Assembly (NCBI GenBank): GCA_965223845.1
Contig: CBDCXR010000004.1
Coordinates: 2,240,001 to 2,304,000, forward strand
Origin: Planctomycetota bacterium
Lineage (GTDB): Bacteria > Planctomycetota > UBA8108 > SXIK01
Length of the DNA stretch: 64,000 bases
Direction of reading: 5' to 3'
The notes beneath the pieces were generated by a model. It saw only the letters and a program-made list of their open reading frames with translations, had not been told where the DNA came from and did not search any database. Every line of letters begins with the position of its first letter. Positions within the stretch are counted from its first letter, which is position 1. The position numbers were made by a program, and so were the translations under genes. Shown one piece after another: positions 28,596 through 37,803 of the stretch.

Positions 28596-28771
28596 GAAGC
28601 CTCTCGCAAAAGAAACTCGCCCGCCGCCACGAGCGATCCCGACGCGGGATCGCGGCAGCGGCGACGGTCACCGTCCGCGGGACGACGCCAGCGCGTCCGG
28701 ATCGGCGCGGGGTGCGCGGCGGACGCGGCCGAGACGGGCGACGTCTTCGCCGAGCTCGCGCCCGCGTAAGG

Positions 28772-28846
28772 TGGTTACCCGGTGAGGACTCGAACCTCAA
28801 ATAGCTGGATCAAAACCAGCTGTGTTACCAATTACACCACCGGGTA
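28772..28846 (-). tRNA. tRNA-Gln(TTG)
   Basis: TACCCGGTGGTGTAATTGGTAACAC-AGCTGG-TTTTGAT-CCAGCT...GGTTCGAGTCC...CCGGGTAACCA; U1-A72 pair, CCA encoded. Confidence 0.96.
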
Positions 28847-28868
28847 GCCGTCGAATTCGAAGCCGCCG

Positions 28869-28897
28869 AGTATAGGATTCACGTCGAGGCCGGTCAA
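28869..28897 (-). promoter_or_regulatory. sigma70 promoter for tRNA-Gln-glmU-rplY operon
   Basis: TTGACC-N17-TATACT followed by a GC-rich discriminator. Confidence 0.8.
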
Positions 28898-28969
28898 CGG
28901 AGAGAGCCGCCGGTGACGCCCCGGTGAGGCGGCCGCCGGTGGCGGCGAGTGCCATCGATTCCCGCGGGA

Positions 28970-29614
28970 TCAGTTCGGCGGATGCGCCCCCATCAAGGGT
29001 GCGACGAGAGCCTGTGACCAGGTCTCGAGTCGATCGTAGAATTCAGGGAGGGTCGAGAGCGGGACGAACTCCCCCTCGAGGGAGTCCACCTCGCGCACCG
29101 TGACCGACGGCGAATCGAGCTCGAGCCGGTACACGAGCCCGATGTGGACCCGTCCGACCGAGTTCGAGTCGTCGTTCATCACGCCGAGGGCGGAGAGACG
29201 ACCCGTGCCCTCGATCCGAACCTCTTCGGCGAGCTCCCGGTCGAGGCCGCGGCGGACCGCAGCGCGGAGGTCGCCCCCTCCCGGGGCGTCCAAAAGATTG
29301 ACGTGCCCGCCGACACCGATCGACATGCGGTCGCGGAGCCGCTCCTCCCCCCCGCCGCGACGGCGAAAGAGGAAGATCGAGTCACGGTGGACGAGAGCGC
29401 AGTACGGAATGACCTGCTTGAGCCGCGCCTCCGACTCGGCGCGCCCGCGGGGGTAGAAGAACCCCTCCTGCGTGACGGCGGCGAGCACCGTTCCCGCCTC
29501 ACCGCTCGAGTAGCCGGCCGGTAACACGCCCCAGCGATCTTCGAGACTCGCCCGCGGGACGACGAGCACTTCCTCCGGTCGGTCGCCCGAGTCCGGGCGT
29601 TTCGCTTCGCTCAC
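28970..29614 (-). CDS. NUDIX-like phosphoesterase (YmaB/COG4112-like)
   Basis: AES..RLKQVIPY, SIGVGGHVN, RELAEEV, NDDSNSVGRVHIG and LETWSQ. Confidence 0.8.
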   Translation of the reverse strand: MSEAKRPDSGDRPEEVLVVPRASLEDRWGVLPAGYSSGEAGTVLAAVTQEGFFYPRGRAESEARLKQVIPYCALVHRDSIFLFRRRGGGEERLRDRMSIGVGGHVNLLDAPGGGDLRAAVRRGLDRELAEEVRIEGTGRLSALGVMNDDSNSVGRVHIGLVYRLELDSPSVTVREVDSLEGEFVPLSTLPEFYDRLETWSQALVAPLMGAHPPN

Positions 29615-29914
29615 GAGTTCTCCACTCCGATCCTCCGCCGAACGCCGCCCCTGCGCGTCGGTGAACGCGCTTCGAACCTCGCCAGCGAGAACCCTTTATC
29701 GGATCCGCGCACGCGGGTTCGACGGCTCTCGGACGGTCGCCCGCGGCCGGTGGTTGGACGGCCGAGCGGCCGCATCCTACTCTTCGATGACTGCCGGAAC
29801 GACACCATTTCTCGTCCTTGCGACTTCACCGCGCGGCTGAAACCACGAACGGTCCCGTTCGGATTCAACCAGCGCGAGAGTTGCTATCCGACCGAGCCCG
29901 AGATCACGGAAGCG

Positions 29915-30250
29915 ATGGAAACTCAGTCCCCCACCGGAGTATCGCAAGAGAAGCTCGCCGAGGTGATCAACGCGGTGGTTTTCGAGAGCGGCATCCTCGG
30001 CCGCATCGTCGACCAGCACCTCGAAGCCAAGTTGAAAGCGGCGGCGGTGAGCGCCGTCCAGAGCTATGTGAGCACCGAGCTCGGCAAGGTCGTCGAAGCA
30101 CAAGTGAGCAAGGTGGTCTCCGAGCAGCTCAACTCGAACCAGGTGAAGGAGCTGATCGACAGCAAGTTTCGCGCGATCACGCTCTACATGAAGACCGACG
30201 TGATTCCGAAGGCGGTCAAGCAGCTGCTCAAGCAGGCGCAGCAGGCATAG
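29915..30250 (+). CDS. small all-helical hypothetical protein (111 aa)
   Basis: METQSPTGVSQEKLAEVINAVVFESG...; strong coding-like codon usage and amphipathic helices; fills the gap between two minus-strand genes. Confidence 0.75.
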   Translation: METQSPTGVSQEKLAEVINAVVFESGILGRIVDQHLEAKLKAAAVSAVQSYVSTELGKVVEAQVSKVVSEQLNSNQVKELIDSKFRAITLYMKTDVIPKAVKQLLKQAQQA

Positions 30251-30292
30251 GGCTTCGCCTCTGCCGCGCGGGGACGCGTAGGCGGCCCGCGC

Positions 30293-31174
30293 TCACGACT
30301 TCTCGAGCACTCGCGCGAGCCCGTCTTCCCAGTCGGGCATGACGTCGAGCCCGGCGACGCGGAGACGCGCGTTCTCGAGGACCCCGCGCACGGGACGACG
30401 CGCGATCCCGGGGTTCTTCGCGTTCCAGTCTTCCGTGCGGATCGGGTCGACGCGAACGTCCCAGCCGACGCGCCGAAAGATCTCGCGCGCGAATCGACAC
30501 CACGTGGTTTCGCCGGCGGACGACGCATGGATCACTCCGCGAAGCTCGTCGGCGTCCGGTTCGAGCAGTCGTGCGATCTGCTCGGCAAGGCTGAAGCAGT
30601 CCGTCGGAGTCCCGACCTGGTCGTCGACGACCGTGAGGGGCTCCCCGCCGCCGCGCCTCGACTCGCCCAAGCGGAGCATCGCGCGGAGAAAGTTCTTCTC
30701 GGGGCCGCCGTAGACCCACGACGTCCGAAGAACGAGCGCGCCGGGCATCGCGCCGAGAAGCCGAACCTCGCCGGCGTACTTGGAAGCTCCGTACACGCTC
30801 AGAGGGCCGACGGGCGCGGACTCGTCGTACGTATTCGGACTCTCGATCGCACCGGAGAAGACATAGTCGGTGCTCACGTGAAGAACGCGAGCCCCGACGT
30901 CGAGCGCGGCTTCCGCGACCGCGCCGAGGGCGACGTCGTTGATAGCGTACGCGGCCTCGGATTCCGTTTCGGCGAGGTCGACCGCCGTGAACGCCGCGCA
31001 GTTGACGATCCAGTCGGGACGATGCCGTGCGATCGCCGTGCGTGTTCCCGTTTGATCGGCGAGGTCGAGCTCGCCGCGGCGCGTCGCCACGACCGCCGTT
31101 TTCGCGCCGCGCTCGAGTCGCGCGCACACCGCCGAACCGAGCTGACCTCCCGCCCCCGTCACCAGAACTCTCAT
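30293..31174 (-). CDS. rfbD: dTDP-4-dehydrorhamnose reductase
   Basis: VTGAGGQLG, NCAAFTAVD.AE, STDYVFSG, YGASK, RTSWVYG and VDDQVGTPT. Confidence 0.93.
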   Translation of the reverse strand: MRVLVTGAGGQLGSAVCARLERGAKTAVVATRRGELDLADQTGTRTAIARHRPDWIVNCAAFTAVDLAETESEAAYAINDVALGAVAEAALDVGARVLHVSTDYVFSGAIESPNTYDESAPVGPLSVYGASKYAGEVRLLGAMPGALVLRTSWVYGGPEKNFLRAMLRLGESRRGGGEPLTVVDDQVGTPTDCFSLAEQIARLLEPDADELRGVIHASSAGETTWCRFAREIFRRVGWDVRVDPIRTEDWNAKNPGIARRPVRGVLENARLRVAGLDVMPDWEDGLARVLEKS

Positions 31175-31851
31175 ACTCGTTTCCCGGTAGTCTCCGTTCG
31201 AACCTGCGCCTCGCCGAGCGCGTCGTCTTCGCCCTCTTCGGCGATCGCGCGCGGTTCGCTGGAGGGGGGATTCGATTCCGCGAGGATGACCTCGACGATC
31301 GCGCGTCGTCGCCGCGAGCCGACGGCCGCGCCGGAGAGCGCATCGAGCGCGCGGATCCGCCGGCGAGCGCCGGCGATCTCGTGGAGGACCCAGTGCGGGT
31401 GTCCGATCCGATCGACCACTCGAAACTCTTCGCAGCGATAGGCACGGCGACGGCGAAGGGCGAACGCGAGCGCGATCCAGGGGATCTCTTCGCGCGCCCG
31501 CCCGAGCACGGAGCTCTCGGGCAATCTGGCGACGACCTCCGGAGCGTGCGGTTCGTCCGGCGCCGACGGGAAAACAGCGTCCGGCGCAAGGCGCGTGACA
31601 GCGCCGATCATCGCGTCAACGCAGAATCGAACCTCAGGAGATCCTCGGCCGCGCTCGCCGTGGACCGCCGTCGCGAGCACGTATGTCGGGACGCGGACGA
31701 TCTCGATCCCGGAGATGCGCCCGCGCGACGGGCGCCATCGCGGGCGGCGGAGACGCTGGTGCGCCTCGTCCCGCGTGAGACGCGCCGCGACGGGACGGAA
31801 TCCCCGTCGCTCGCTACCTGATGCGGTAGCGTCTTCGCCGGCGCGGATCAT
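31171..31851 (-). CDS. hypothetical protein
   Basis: ATGA overlaps with both neighbours, suggesting translational coupling; no recognised motif. Confidence 0.55.
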   Translation of the reverse strand: MIRAGEDATASGSERRGFRPVAARLTRDEAHQRLRRPRWRPSRGRISGIEIVRVPTYVLATAVHGERGRGSPEVRFCVDAMIGAVTRLAPDAVFPSAPDEPHAPEVVARLPESSVLGRAREEIPWIALAFALRRRRAYRCEEFRVVDRIGHPHWVLHEIAGARRRIRALDALSGAAVGSRRRRAIVEVILAESNPPSSEPRAIAEEGEDDALGEAQVRTETTGKRV

Positions 31852-32090
31852 CGCGCCCCCGCATCGGCCGCCCCGTCGACCGGAGGCGGCTCGCGAGGCG
31901 GCGGCGGCTCCGCCGTTTCGTCGAAGCGCCAGTAGACGTACGCGTGCACCGCGATGAGAAGAAGCGCCCACAGGCGGAGATCGCGCCAGCGAGCCCGGGA
32001 GCTCGCGCCGCGGTAGACAACGCTCCGCGGGAGCGCCATCACCACGATCGCGAGAGCGAGAAAAAGTCCGAGGAACACCGCTTTCGCCAT
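31848..32090 (-). CDS. small two-TM membrane protein
   Basis: MAKAVFLGLFLALAIVVMALP..WRDLRLWALLLIAVHAYVYWRF; GGAG RBS; stop overlaps the next ATG. Confidence 0.65.
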   Translation of the reverse strand: MAKAVFLGLFLALAIVVMALPRSVVYRGASSRARWRDLRLWALLLIAVHAYVYWRFDETAEPPPPREPPPVDGAADAGAR

Positions 32091-32177
32091 CGTCTTCGCT
32101 CTCCGGTCCGCTTCTCGGGAGTTCCACGCCCACGCGGCGCCCCTCAAGATACCGAATCGGAGGCTCGAGTCGATCAC

Positions 32178-32594
32178 TCAGACGACGTCACGCGCCGTCT
32201 CGCCGTCACCGCCGGCGACGAGTTTCTGAACGACCGCAAGATTCGCGGGCGGCATTTCGAGCTCGGCGAGCTCGCTGAGCCGCACCCATCGGAGCGCCTG
32301 TCCCTCGCGGGAGGCTACCTCGCCGGAGAGAACCGCGCAGGAAAAAAATGTCAGCTCGACGACGCGGTCTTCGTAGGCATGCTCGACCGCGTCGATCACT
32401 TCGAGCCTCCCGACTTCGAGCCCCACCTCCTCGAGGACTTCCCTTCGAACCGCCTCGGCGGGTGTCTCTCCGGGCTCCGCCTTTCCGCCGGGAAACTCCC
32501 AGCAGCCGCTCAAATGGCTCCCGCGAGTGCGCTGCGCGACGAGAACTCGCTCCCCGTCTCGAACGACGGCTGCACCCACGACGACGCGAAGCAC
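32178..32594 (-). CDS. mutT: MutT-type NUDIX (d)NTP pyrophosphohydrolase
   Basis: [23 protein letters not shown] Nudix box, EGQALRWV and MPPAN. Confidence 0.82.
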   Translation of the reverse strand: MLRVVVGAAVVRDGERVLVAQRTRGSHLSGCWEFPGGKAEPGETPAEAVRREVLEEVGLEVGRLEVIDAVEHAYEDRVVELTFFSCAVLSGEVASREGQALRWVRLSELAELEMPPANLAVVQKLVAGGDGETARDVV

Positions 32595-32598
32595 GCGC

Positions 32599-33174
32599 TC
32601 AGTCTCCCGAGCGGATCAGTCCGAGAACCTCGTTTCGCGTCGCGACGTTGTTGCGAAAGAGGCCGCGCATCGCCGACGTGATCACCGAGCTCCCGGGCTT
32701 CTTGATCCCGCGGATCGTCATACAGGTGTGCGACGCTTCGAGCACCACGGCGACTCCGCGCGGCGCCGCCGCGTTTTCGACGAGATCCGCGATCTGATTG
32801 GTCAGCCGCTCCTGGACCTGCGGCCGCTTCGCGTAGGCGTCGACCGCGCGGGCGAGCTTCGAAATCCCGAGCACCTTCCCGGTGGGGATGTACGCCGTGT
32901 GAGCTCTCCCTGTGAATGGCAGCAGATGATGCTCACACATCGAGGAGAACGGGATGTCCTTCACGAGGACGATCTCGTCGTAGTCCTCCGAAAAGATCGT
33001 CTTGATCTCTTCGCTGGGATCGCGATGGAGTCCGGAGAACACTTCTTCGTACATCCGCGCGATCCGCTCGGGCGTTTCGCGAAGCCCCTCCCGCTCGGGA
33101 TCCTCGCCGATCGCCTCGAGGAGAAGCCGTCCGGCCTCGACCAACTTCGCGTGATCGAATCGCTCCACCATCAC
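32599..33174 (-). CDS. folE: GTP cyclohydrolase I
   Basis: [41 protein letters not shown] and HTCMTIRG. Confidence 0.96.
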   Translation of the reverse strand: MMVERFDHAKLVEAGRLLLEAIGEDPEREGLRETPERIARMYEEVFSGLHRDPSEEIKTIFSEDYDEIVLVKDIPFSSMCEHHLLPFTGRAHTAYIPTGKVLGISKLARAVDAYAKRPQVQERLTNQIADLVENAAAPRGVAVVLEASHTCMTIRGIKKPGSSVITSAMRGLFRNNVATRNEVLGLIRSGD

Positions 33175-33725
33175 CCTTCTCCTCCAGACGACAGCGGCAC
33201 GCTCGGCGACGCGTCCGCCGCACTCGATTCCTCGAGCCAGCGACGTCGGATCTTCTTGTACTTCTCTTCGGTACCCAGATAGAACCCGCGGTGAGTTTCA
33301 CCGAGAGGGAATCGTCGATAGATCGTGTGGCAAAGATAGCACACGGTGACATTCGCGAGTAACCGGTAGACGATCCAATCGATCGCAGCGATCGCAAGGA
33401 GGAGAACGACTCCGACGCGGTGTCCGTAGATCAACATCACGAGAAAAACGATCCCCGCAGAAGCGAGCACGATCGAGAGCCCGAGCTCGCGGTTGAAATC
33501 TTTCTGAATGTAGAACTCGTCGGCGCCGCAGATCCAGCACGATTCGAGCGCGGCATCCCCCGCGGGAGGTGAGGCGTCCAGCTTCGCCGTCCACGCGCAG
33601 CTCGGGCAGCTCCAGGCGGAGTCGTATCCGTCAACGGCGACGACGGTCGTTTGCTCGCAGCGCGGACACGCGACCTCAGCGGTCGGCGGGGCGGACGACG
33701 GACGATCGGAGCGTGGAGCGGGCAT
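33171..33725 (-). CDS. hypothetical Zn-finger membrane protein (4 CxxC, 2 TM)
   Basis: [20 protein letters not shown], two TM helices, then CYLC; coupled to folE. Confidence 0.78.
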   Translation of the reverse strand: MPAPRSDRPSSAPPTAEVACPRCEQTTVVAVDGYDSAWSCPSCAWTAKLDASPPAGDAALESCWICGADEFYIQKDFNRELGLSIVLASAGIVFLVMLIYGHRVGVVLLLAIAAIDWIVYRLLANVTVCYLCHTIYRRFPLGETHRGFYLGTEEKYKKIRRRWLEESSAADASPSVPLSSGGEG

Positions 33726-33758
33726 CGCACTTGCGGTGGGAGAACGGGGGAGCGCGGC

Positions 33759-34667
33759 TCAGAGGAGCCAGCGCTGGGAGACGAGAAGATACTTCGCGAT
33801 GATCTCGCCGATCAACACAAACGCGACGGTGACGTAGAGGATTCCCGTCGCCGATTGGTTCGAGCGGATTTTCACGCAGCGCCAAGCCATCCAAAGAAGT
33901 CCCGTCGGCGCGACGAGTCCGAAGATCGCGCGGGTAAGAACGAACATCCCCGGCTCGAGGAGGACCCCGACCCAGCCCGAACGCGCGATCGTTTCGTCCC
34001 AACGCTCCGATTGAAGACCGACGCCGGTTGCCGTGACGAGCGCTCTCAGGAGGAGAATCCCGAGCAGCGCGGCGGTGATTCGCGCGAGCGGAGTGAACGA
34101 GAGCTTGTGCGCGACGAGGTACCAGTGGCCGAGCACCATCGCTACGAGCGAACCGCCGAGAAGGAGCGACGACGAAATAAACGTTGCGATCATCGCGAGG
34201 TGGGTCGTCGCGTCGGCGCCGTCCGTCCACTCGGCCGCGTCACCGGCGAGCCCCGCGAGCCCACAGACGATCGCGCCGACGAGGCACACGTGCGACACGA
34301 TGTTCCACCCGCCGTGTGGCGTGCCTTCGATCGCCTCGCGGCGCTCACTCCAGTCGACGCCCCGCTGTCTCGGGAGCACGGTGTTGTACACGATCAAAAA
34401 CGCACCGAGTCCGAGATATGCGTAGCTGATTCCGATGCCGACCGCCCCGATCGCGAGCGCGACGAACACGACGGCGATGAGACTGAGCAGGATGAAGAAT
34501 CTCCGACCGATCGCAGCGACGGGCACGAGCGGAAGGAACGGAGGAATGCCAGCGGCCATCGCCACGGCGAACAGATAAAACGTGCTGAACGGCGCCGACT
34601 CCGCGGTGAACGTCGCGAAGACGGTGCCGATGGCGTCCAGGACGAATTCGAAGGGCGAGCAGAACAC
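33759..34667 (-). CDS. hypothetical polytopic membrane protein with AMxLGHWYL and SATGILY motifs
   Basis: About 8 hydrophobic segments; GGSLVAMVLGHWYL and RSNQSATGILYV. Start uncertain. Confidence 0.78.
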   Translation of the reverse strand: MFCSPFEFVLDAIGTVFATFTAESAPFSTFYLFAVAMAAGIPPFLPLVPVAAIGRRFFILLSLIAVVFVALAIGAVGIGISYAYLGLGAFLIVYNTVLPRQRGVDWSERREAIEGTPHGGWNIVSHVCLVGAIVCGLAGLAGDAAEWTDGADATTHLAMIATFISSSLLLGGSLVAMVLGHWYLVAHKLSFTPLARITAALLGILLLRALVTATGVGLQSERWDETIARSGWVGVLLEPGMFVLTRAIFGLVAPTGLLWMAWRCVKIRSNQSATGILYVTVAFVLIGEIIAKYLLVSQRWLL

Positions 34668-34818
34668 GAGGACGATGCTCGGGAGGAGTGGGGCGAAGAC
34701 GCTGGATCTTATGGCCCCGCGTCCGCCGCGCCTCGGGAAAACCCCGGAACGGATGGTCGCACCGGCCGCACGAGATCAGAGGAGCCCCCGGGCGGCGGCG
34801 ACCCGGCTCAGCGCGAGC

Positions 34819-35031
34819 TCAGTGGCAGGCGCACGAACCGCCGCATCCCCCGCCGGGTGGAGCGGCGCCACCACTCGTCGACACGCGGGCGGCGAAGGCC
34901 GCGATCTGGCGCTCCGTGGCGCTCGAATCACATTCGGGGCACGGCGGAGAACGGTCGTTCTCGCTCGAGCTGCGCACGAGCTCTTCGAAGGTGTGATCGC
35001 AGTCGCAGCAGCGAAATTCGAAGAGGGGCAT
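34819..35031 (-). CDS. FmdB-family zinc ribbon protein
   Basis: MPLFEFRCCDCDHTFEELV..CPECDS..GGGCGGSCACH. Confidence 0.88.
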   Translation of the reverse strand: MPLFEFRCCDCDHTFEELVRSSSENDRSPPCPECDSSATERQIAAFAARVSTSGGAAPPGGGCGGSCACH

Positions 35032-35163
35032 GATCGAACTCTCTCGGCGGTTCCTGGTTCGATTCTCGGCCGGGACGAGACGCATCGCCCTACCGCCCAC
35101 GACGAGACTACCGCCCACGAGGATTCAGCTCGTCGCCGAGGACCGATTCGAAACCGTACCGAA

Positions 35164-35622
35164 TCAGTCCCGGTCGGGCGAGTCCAAGGCCGCGGCGGCC
35201 GCGTCCTCGGGAAGATCGACCGGGATGCGGTCGGAGTACGTCTCGCCGAGCTCGTGCCAGGAGACGAGATCCGGGTGGTGGATGTCCCAGATCAAGTAGA
35301 TGCGCCGTCCGTCCCGCTCGGAATAGAAATAGACGAGCCCGCGCTCACGATCCTTGAGCAGCCCACCGAGCTGGCGAATCTCCTTCTCGAAGGAATCCAT
35401 GTCCCGGTTGTACTGCGCGACTTCGCGCTGCAGCCGGTACATCGTCTCGTCGATTTCGGGCGAGTTGAACTTCTTCGCGATGATCGACAACTCGTCGAGA
35501 AACTCGCGGTTCTTCTTTCGCCGTTCGTAACACGAGACGAAATCGCGCACGACACGCTTCAGCAGCGGTGCGCGGCTGAGCACGTCGTCTACGGTCAGGA
35601 TCTCTCGGGGTCGCTGAGCCAT
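35164..35622 (-). CDS. DUF2203 domain protein
   Basis: Coiled coil followed by LGGLLKD..RGLVYF..DGRRIYLIW..VSWHEL..R.P. Confidence 0.8.
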   Translation of the reverse strand: MAQRPREILTVDDVLSRAPLLKRVVRDFVSCYERRKKNREFLDELSIIAKKFNSPEIDETMYRLQREVAQYNRDMDSFEKEIRQLGGLLKDRERGLVYFYSERDGRRIYLIWDIHHPDLVSWHELGETYSDRIPVDLPEDAAAAALDSPDRD

Positions 35623-35776
35623 CGCTGTCGGTGAGAGCTTCGTTCGGATTCGCGTGAGGGCGGAAGGATACGTGAGGGATCGGCCACGAGAGCGACGCGC
35701 CGAGATCGCAGAGACGTAGGGAACGCGACGGAGTCACGCTCGAACCCAGCGTCGCGCCCAGGAGCTCGCACCGCGC

Positions 35777-35918
35777 GACCGCAGCAGGTGCCCCGTGGAA
35801 CTGAGCTAAACTCGCCACCGACCGGACGCGCGCTCGACGAATCACCTGGTTCACCCGGTCCACCAGGCCGGACGTCACCGGACGAGACGTATCAGCGCGT
35901 TTGGCCGCCACCGCGGTC
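35777..35918 (-). ncRNA. candidate structured RNA (6S-like long hairpin or regulatory 5' leader)
   Basis: Begins just after a sigma70 promoter. Closing stem GACCGCGG/CTGCGGTC, inner pairs GCGC/GCGC and CTCG/CGAG, apical CCTGGT/ACCAGG; folded by eye only. Confidence 0.3.
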
Positions 35919-35933
35919 TTCGACTTTGCCAGT

Positions 35934-35962
35934 ATTCTATGGCGCCCCAAAGCGTCATGCAA
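35934..35962 (-). promoter_or_regulatory. sigma70 promoter for the DUF2203...folE...rfbD unit
   Basis: TTGCAT-N17-TAGAAT. Confidence 0.65.
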
Positions 35963-36096
35963 TCTCGTTTTGCGGCGCGAGAGAGACCGATAAGCGCGAC
36001 GCAAACACGATCACAACAAGCCGCGATACCCTCCCAGCGATCACCCGTAGACACACAGGGCCGCCCGGCGCGTTGGGTCGGCGACAGCGACGGCGT

Positions 36097-36369
36097 TCAG
36101 TCTGACTTCGGTGACGACGAAACGTCGCGCAAGCGCTCCTCGAGGCGCTGCACATTCGCGCTCAGGGATCGAATCTGAACGACGGTGAACACCATGAACA
36201 GAAAGAGGAGGAGACACGCGAGACCGTACGCCCAGAAGATGTACGGCTGGTAGTCTGGCACGTGCTCGATGGGACGCGTCTCGAGCACCGGACCGGACTC
36301 GCTTGAGACCTCGGCCTGCCCCAATAGATTGGACGTCCGGAGCATCCATTCGAGAACGAACGCGGGCAT
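36097..36369 (-). CDS. CcmD-like small membrane protein
   Basis: YIFWAYG, a single TM, then a charged amphipathic tail; last gene of the ccm operon. Confidence 0.6.
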   Translation of the reverse strand: MPAFVLEWMLRTSNLLGQAEVSSESGPVLETRPIEHVPDYQPYIFWAYGLACLLLFLFMVFTVVQIRSLSANVQRLEERLRDVSSSPKSD

Positions 36370-36370
36370 C

Positions 36371-37141
36371 TCACTCCTCCAGCACCTTGGGAAAGAGAAC
36401 GAAACCGACCGTGAGATAAATCACCCCGATTGCGAACGCCACGGAAATGTAATCGAGCGGGGAAAAATCACCGAGCGCAAACGTCCGTGCGACGAACCGT
36501 CCATCGGAGAGACCGAAGAGCTGCGGGCTCACGTCGAGCGTGAGCATGATGAGCGGGATCATGAGGACGAAAACGAGTATGCGAAGCACGACCTCCCCGG
36601 CACCGCCGAGCATCGTCGTCATCGCTGAGAGGATGACGCCGGGTGCGACGTAGGCGAACGAGAACGCCCCCACCGCGATGAGGAGTTGAATCCATCCCGC
36701 GCCCGGAGGTGGATTGAACAGCACGACGTAGACGCCGAGGAGAACGATCTGCATCGCGACGACGAGGATCCACGTCGACGCGACGCGCGCGAGGTATACC
36801 GTTCCCCAGTCGACCGGCGCGACCATCCAGCCGAGGATGGAGCGCGAATCCCGTTCGGCGGCGAACGCCTGCTGTAGACCGACCGTGCCGGCGAAGAGCG
36901 CCGCCACCCAGTAGAACGTCGGCCCGAGAGTCCGGCTCGCGCGCAGCACCGCGTCGCCGCGCAGCTCGGCCGGTACGTCCGCGCTGTCGACGAATTGACC
37001 GGCGAAGACGGTGATCCCGATCTGACCGACGAAGAGAATCAGCGTCGCGAAGAGGGTCATGTTGAGCGCGGTCTCCGGCCGGCGCAGCTCGCGCCGGAGA
37101 TCCCAACGGACAATCGCGATGAATTGGCCGAAGCCCTTCAC
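36371..37141 (-). CDS. ccmB: heme exporter permease CcmB
   Basis: WDLRRELR, FAAERD, APVDWGTVYLA and VLRILVFVLMIP; follows ccmA. Confidence 0.85.
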   Translation of the reverse strand: MKGFGQFIAIVRWDLRRELRRPETALNMTLFATLILFVGQIGITVFAGQFVDSADVPAELRGDAVLRASRTLGPTFYWVAALFAGTVGLQQAFAAERDSRSILGWMVAPVDWGTVYLARVASTWILVVAMQIVLLGVYVVLFNPPPGAGWIQLLIAVGAFSFAYVAPGVILSAMTTMLGGAGEVVLRILVFVLMIPLIMLTLDVSPQLFGLSDGRFVARTFALGDFSPLDYISVAFAIGVIYLTVGFVLFPKVLEE

Positions 37142-37803
37142 GCGCCGCCCTCGCTCGTGAGTCGGCCCCCTTCAATCGAGTGCGTACGCGACGCCAAACG
37201 CGCGCCGAGAGCGGCATCGTGCGTTACGAGAACGGCCGCCCCGCCCTCGCGGCAGTACTCCCCGACGAACTCCTCGAGCACGGCGCAGCCCGCGGCGTCG
37301 AGTCCCGCGAACGGCTCGTCGAGGAGCCACAGGCCCGGTGAATGGAGCTGGCTGCGGATGATGTTCCCGCGCTTCAGCATTCCCTGGGAGAACGTCCTCA
37401 CGCGATCGTCCTTCCGGCGCGCGAGGCCGAATCGCTCGAGCAGCTCCGCCGCGCGGCCCGAGACGCGCCGCCACCCGAGACCGTGAAGTCCCGCGCCGAA
37501 GCGGAGGTTCTCTTCGAGAGTGAGCTCCGGACGAAGCGCGCTGTCGTGAAACACCGCACCGAGCTGCGCGCGCGCGGCCACGGGACGGCGCGCGACGTTC
37601 GTCCCGAACACGTGAACGCGCCCGCTCGTCGGACGCCAGAGCGTCGCGAGGATGCGAAGGAGCGTCGATTTCCCCGCCCCATTCGGCCCGCGAAGCACCG
37701 CGCACTCGCCGCGCGCGAACTCGACACTCACGGCGCGCAGCACATCTCGGTACCCGAATCGTTTCCGCACGGCCTCGACTTGCGCGGCCGCCGAGTTCGT
37801 CAC
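37138..37803 (-). CDS. ccmA: heme exporter ATPase CcmA
   Basis: GPNGAGKST, LTLEENL, FSQGM, WLLDEPFAGLD and VTHD. Confidence 0.88.
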   Translation of the reverse strand: MTNSAAAQVEAVRKRFGYRDVLRAVSVEFARGECAVLRGPNGAGKSTLLRILATLWRPTSGRVHVFGTNVARRPVAARAQLGAVFHDSALRPELTLEENLRFGAGLHGLGWRRVSGRAAELLERFGLARRKDDRVRTFSQGMLKRGNIIRSQLHSPGLWLLDEPFAGLDAAGCAVLEEFVGEYCREGGAAVLVTHDAALGARLASRTHSIEGGRLTSEGGA

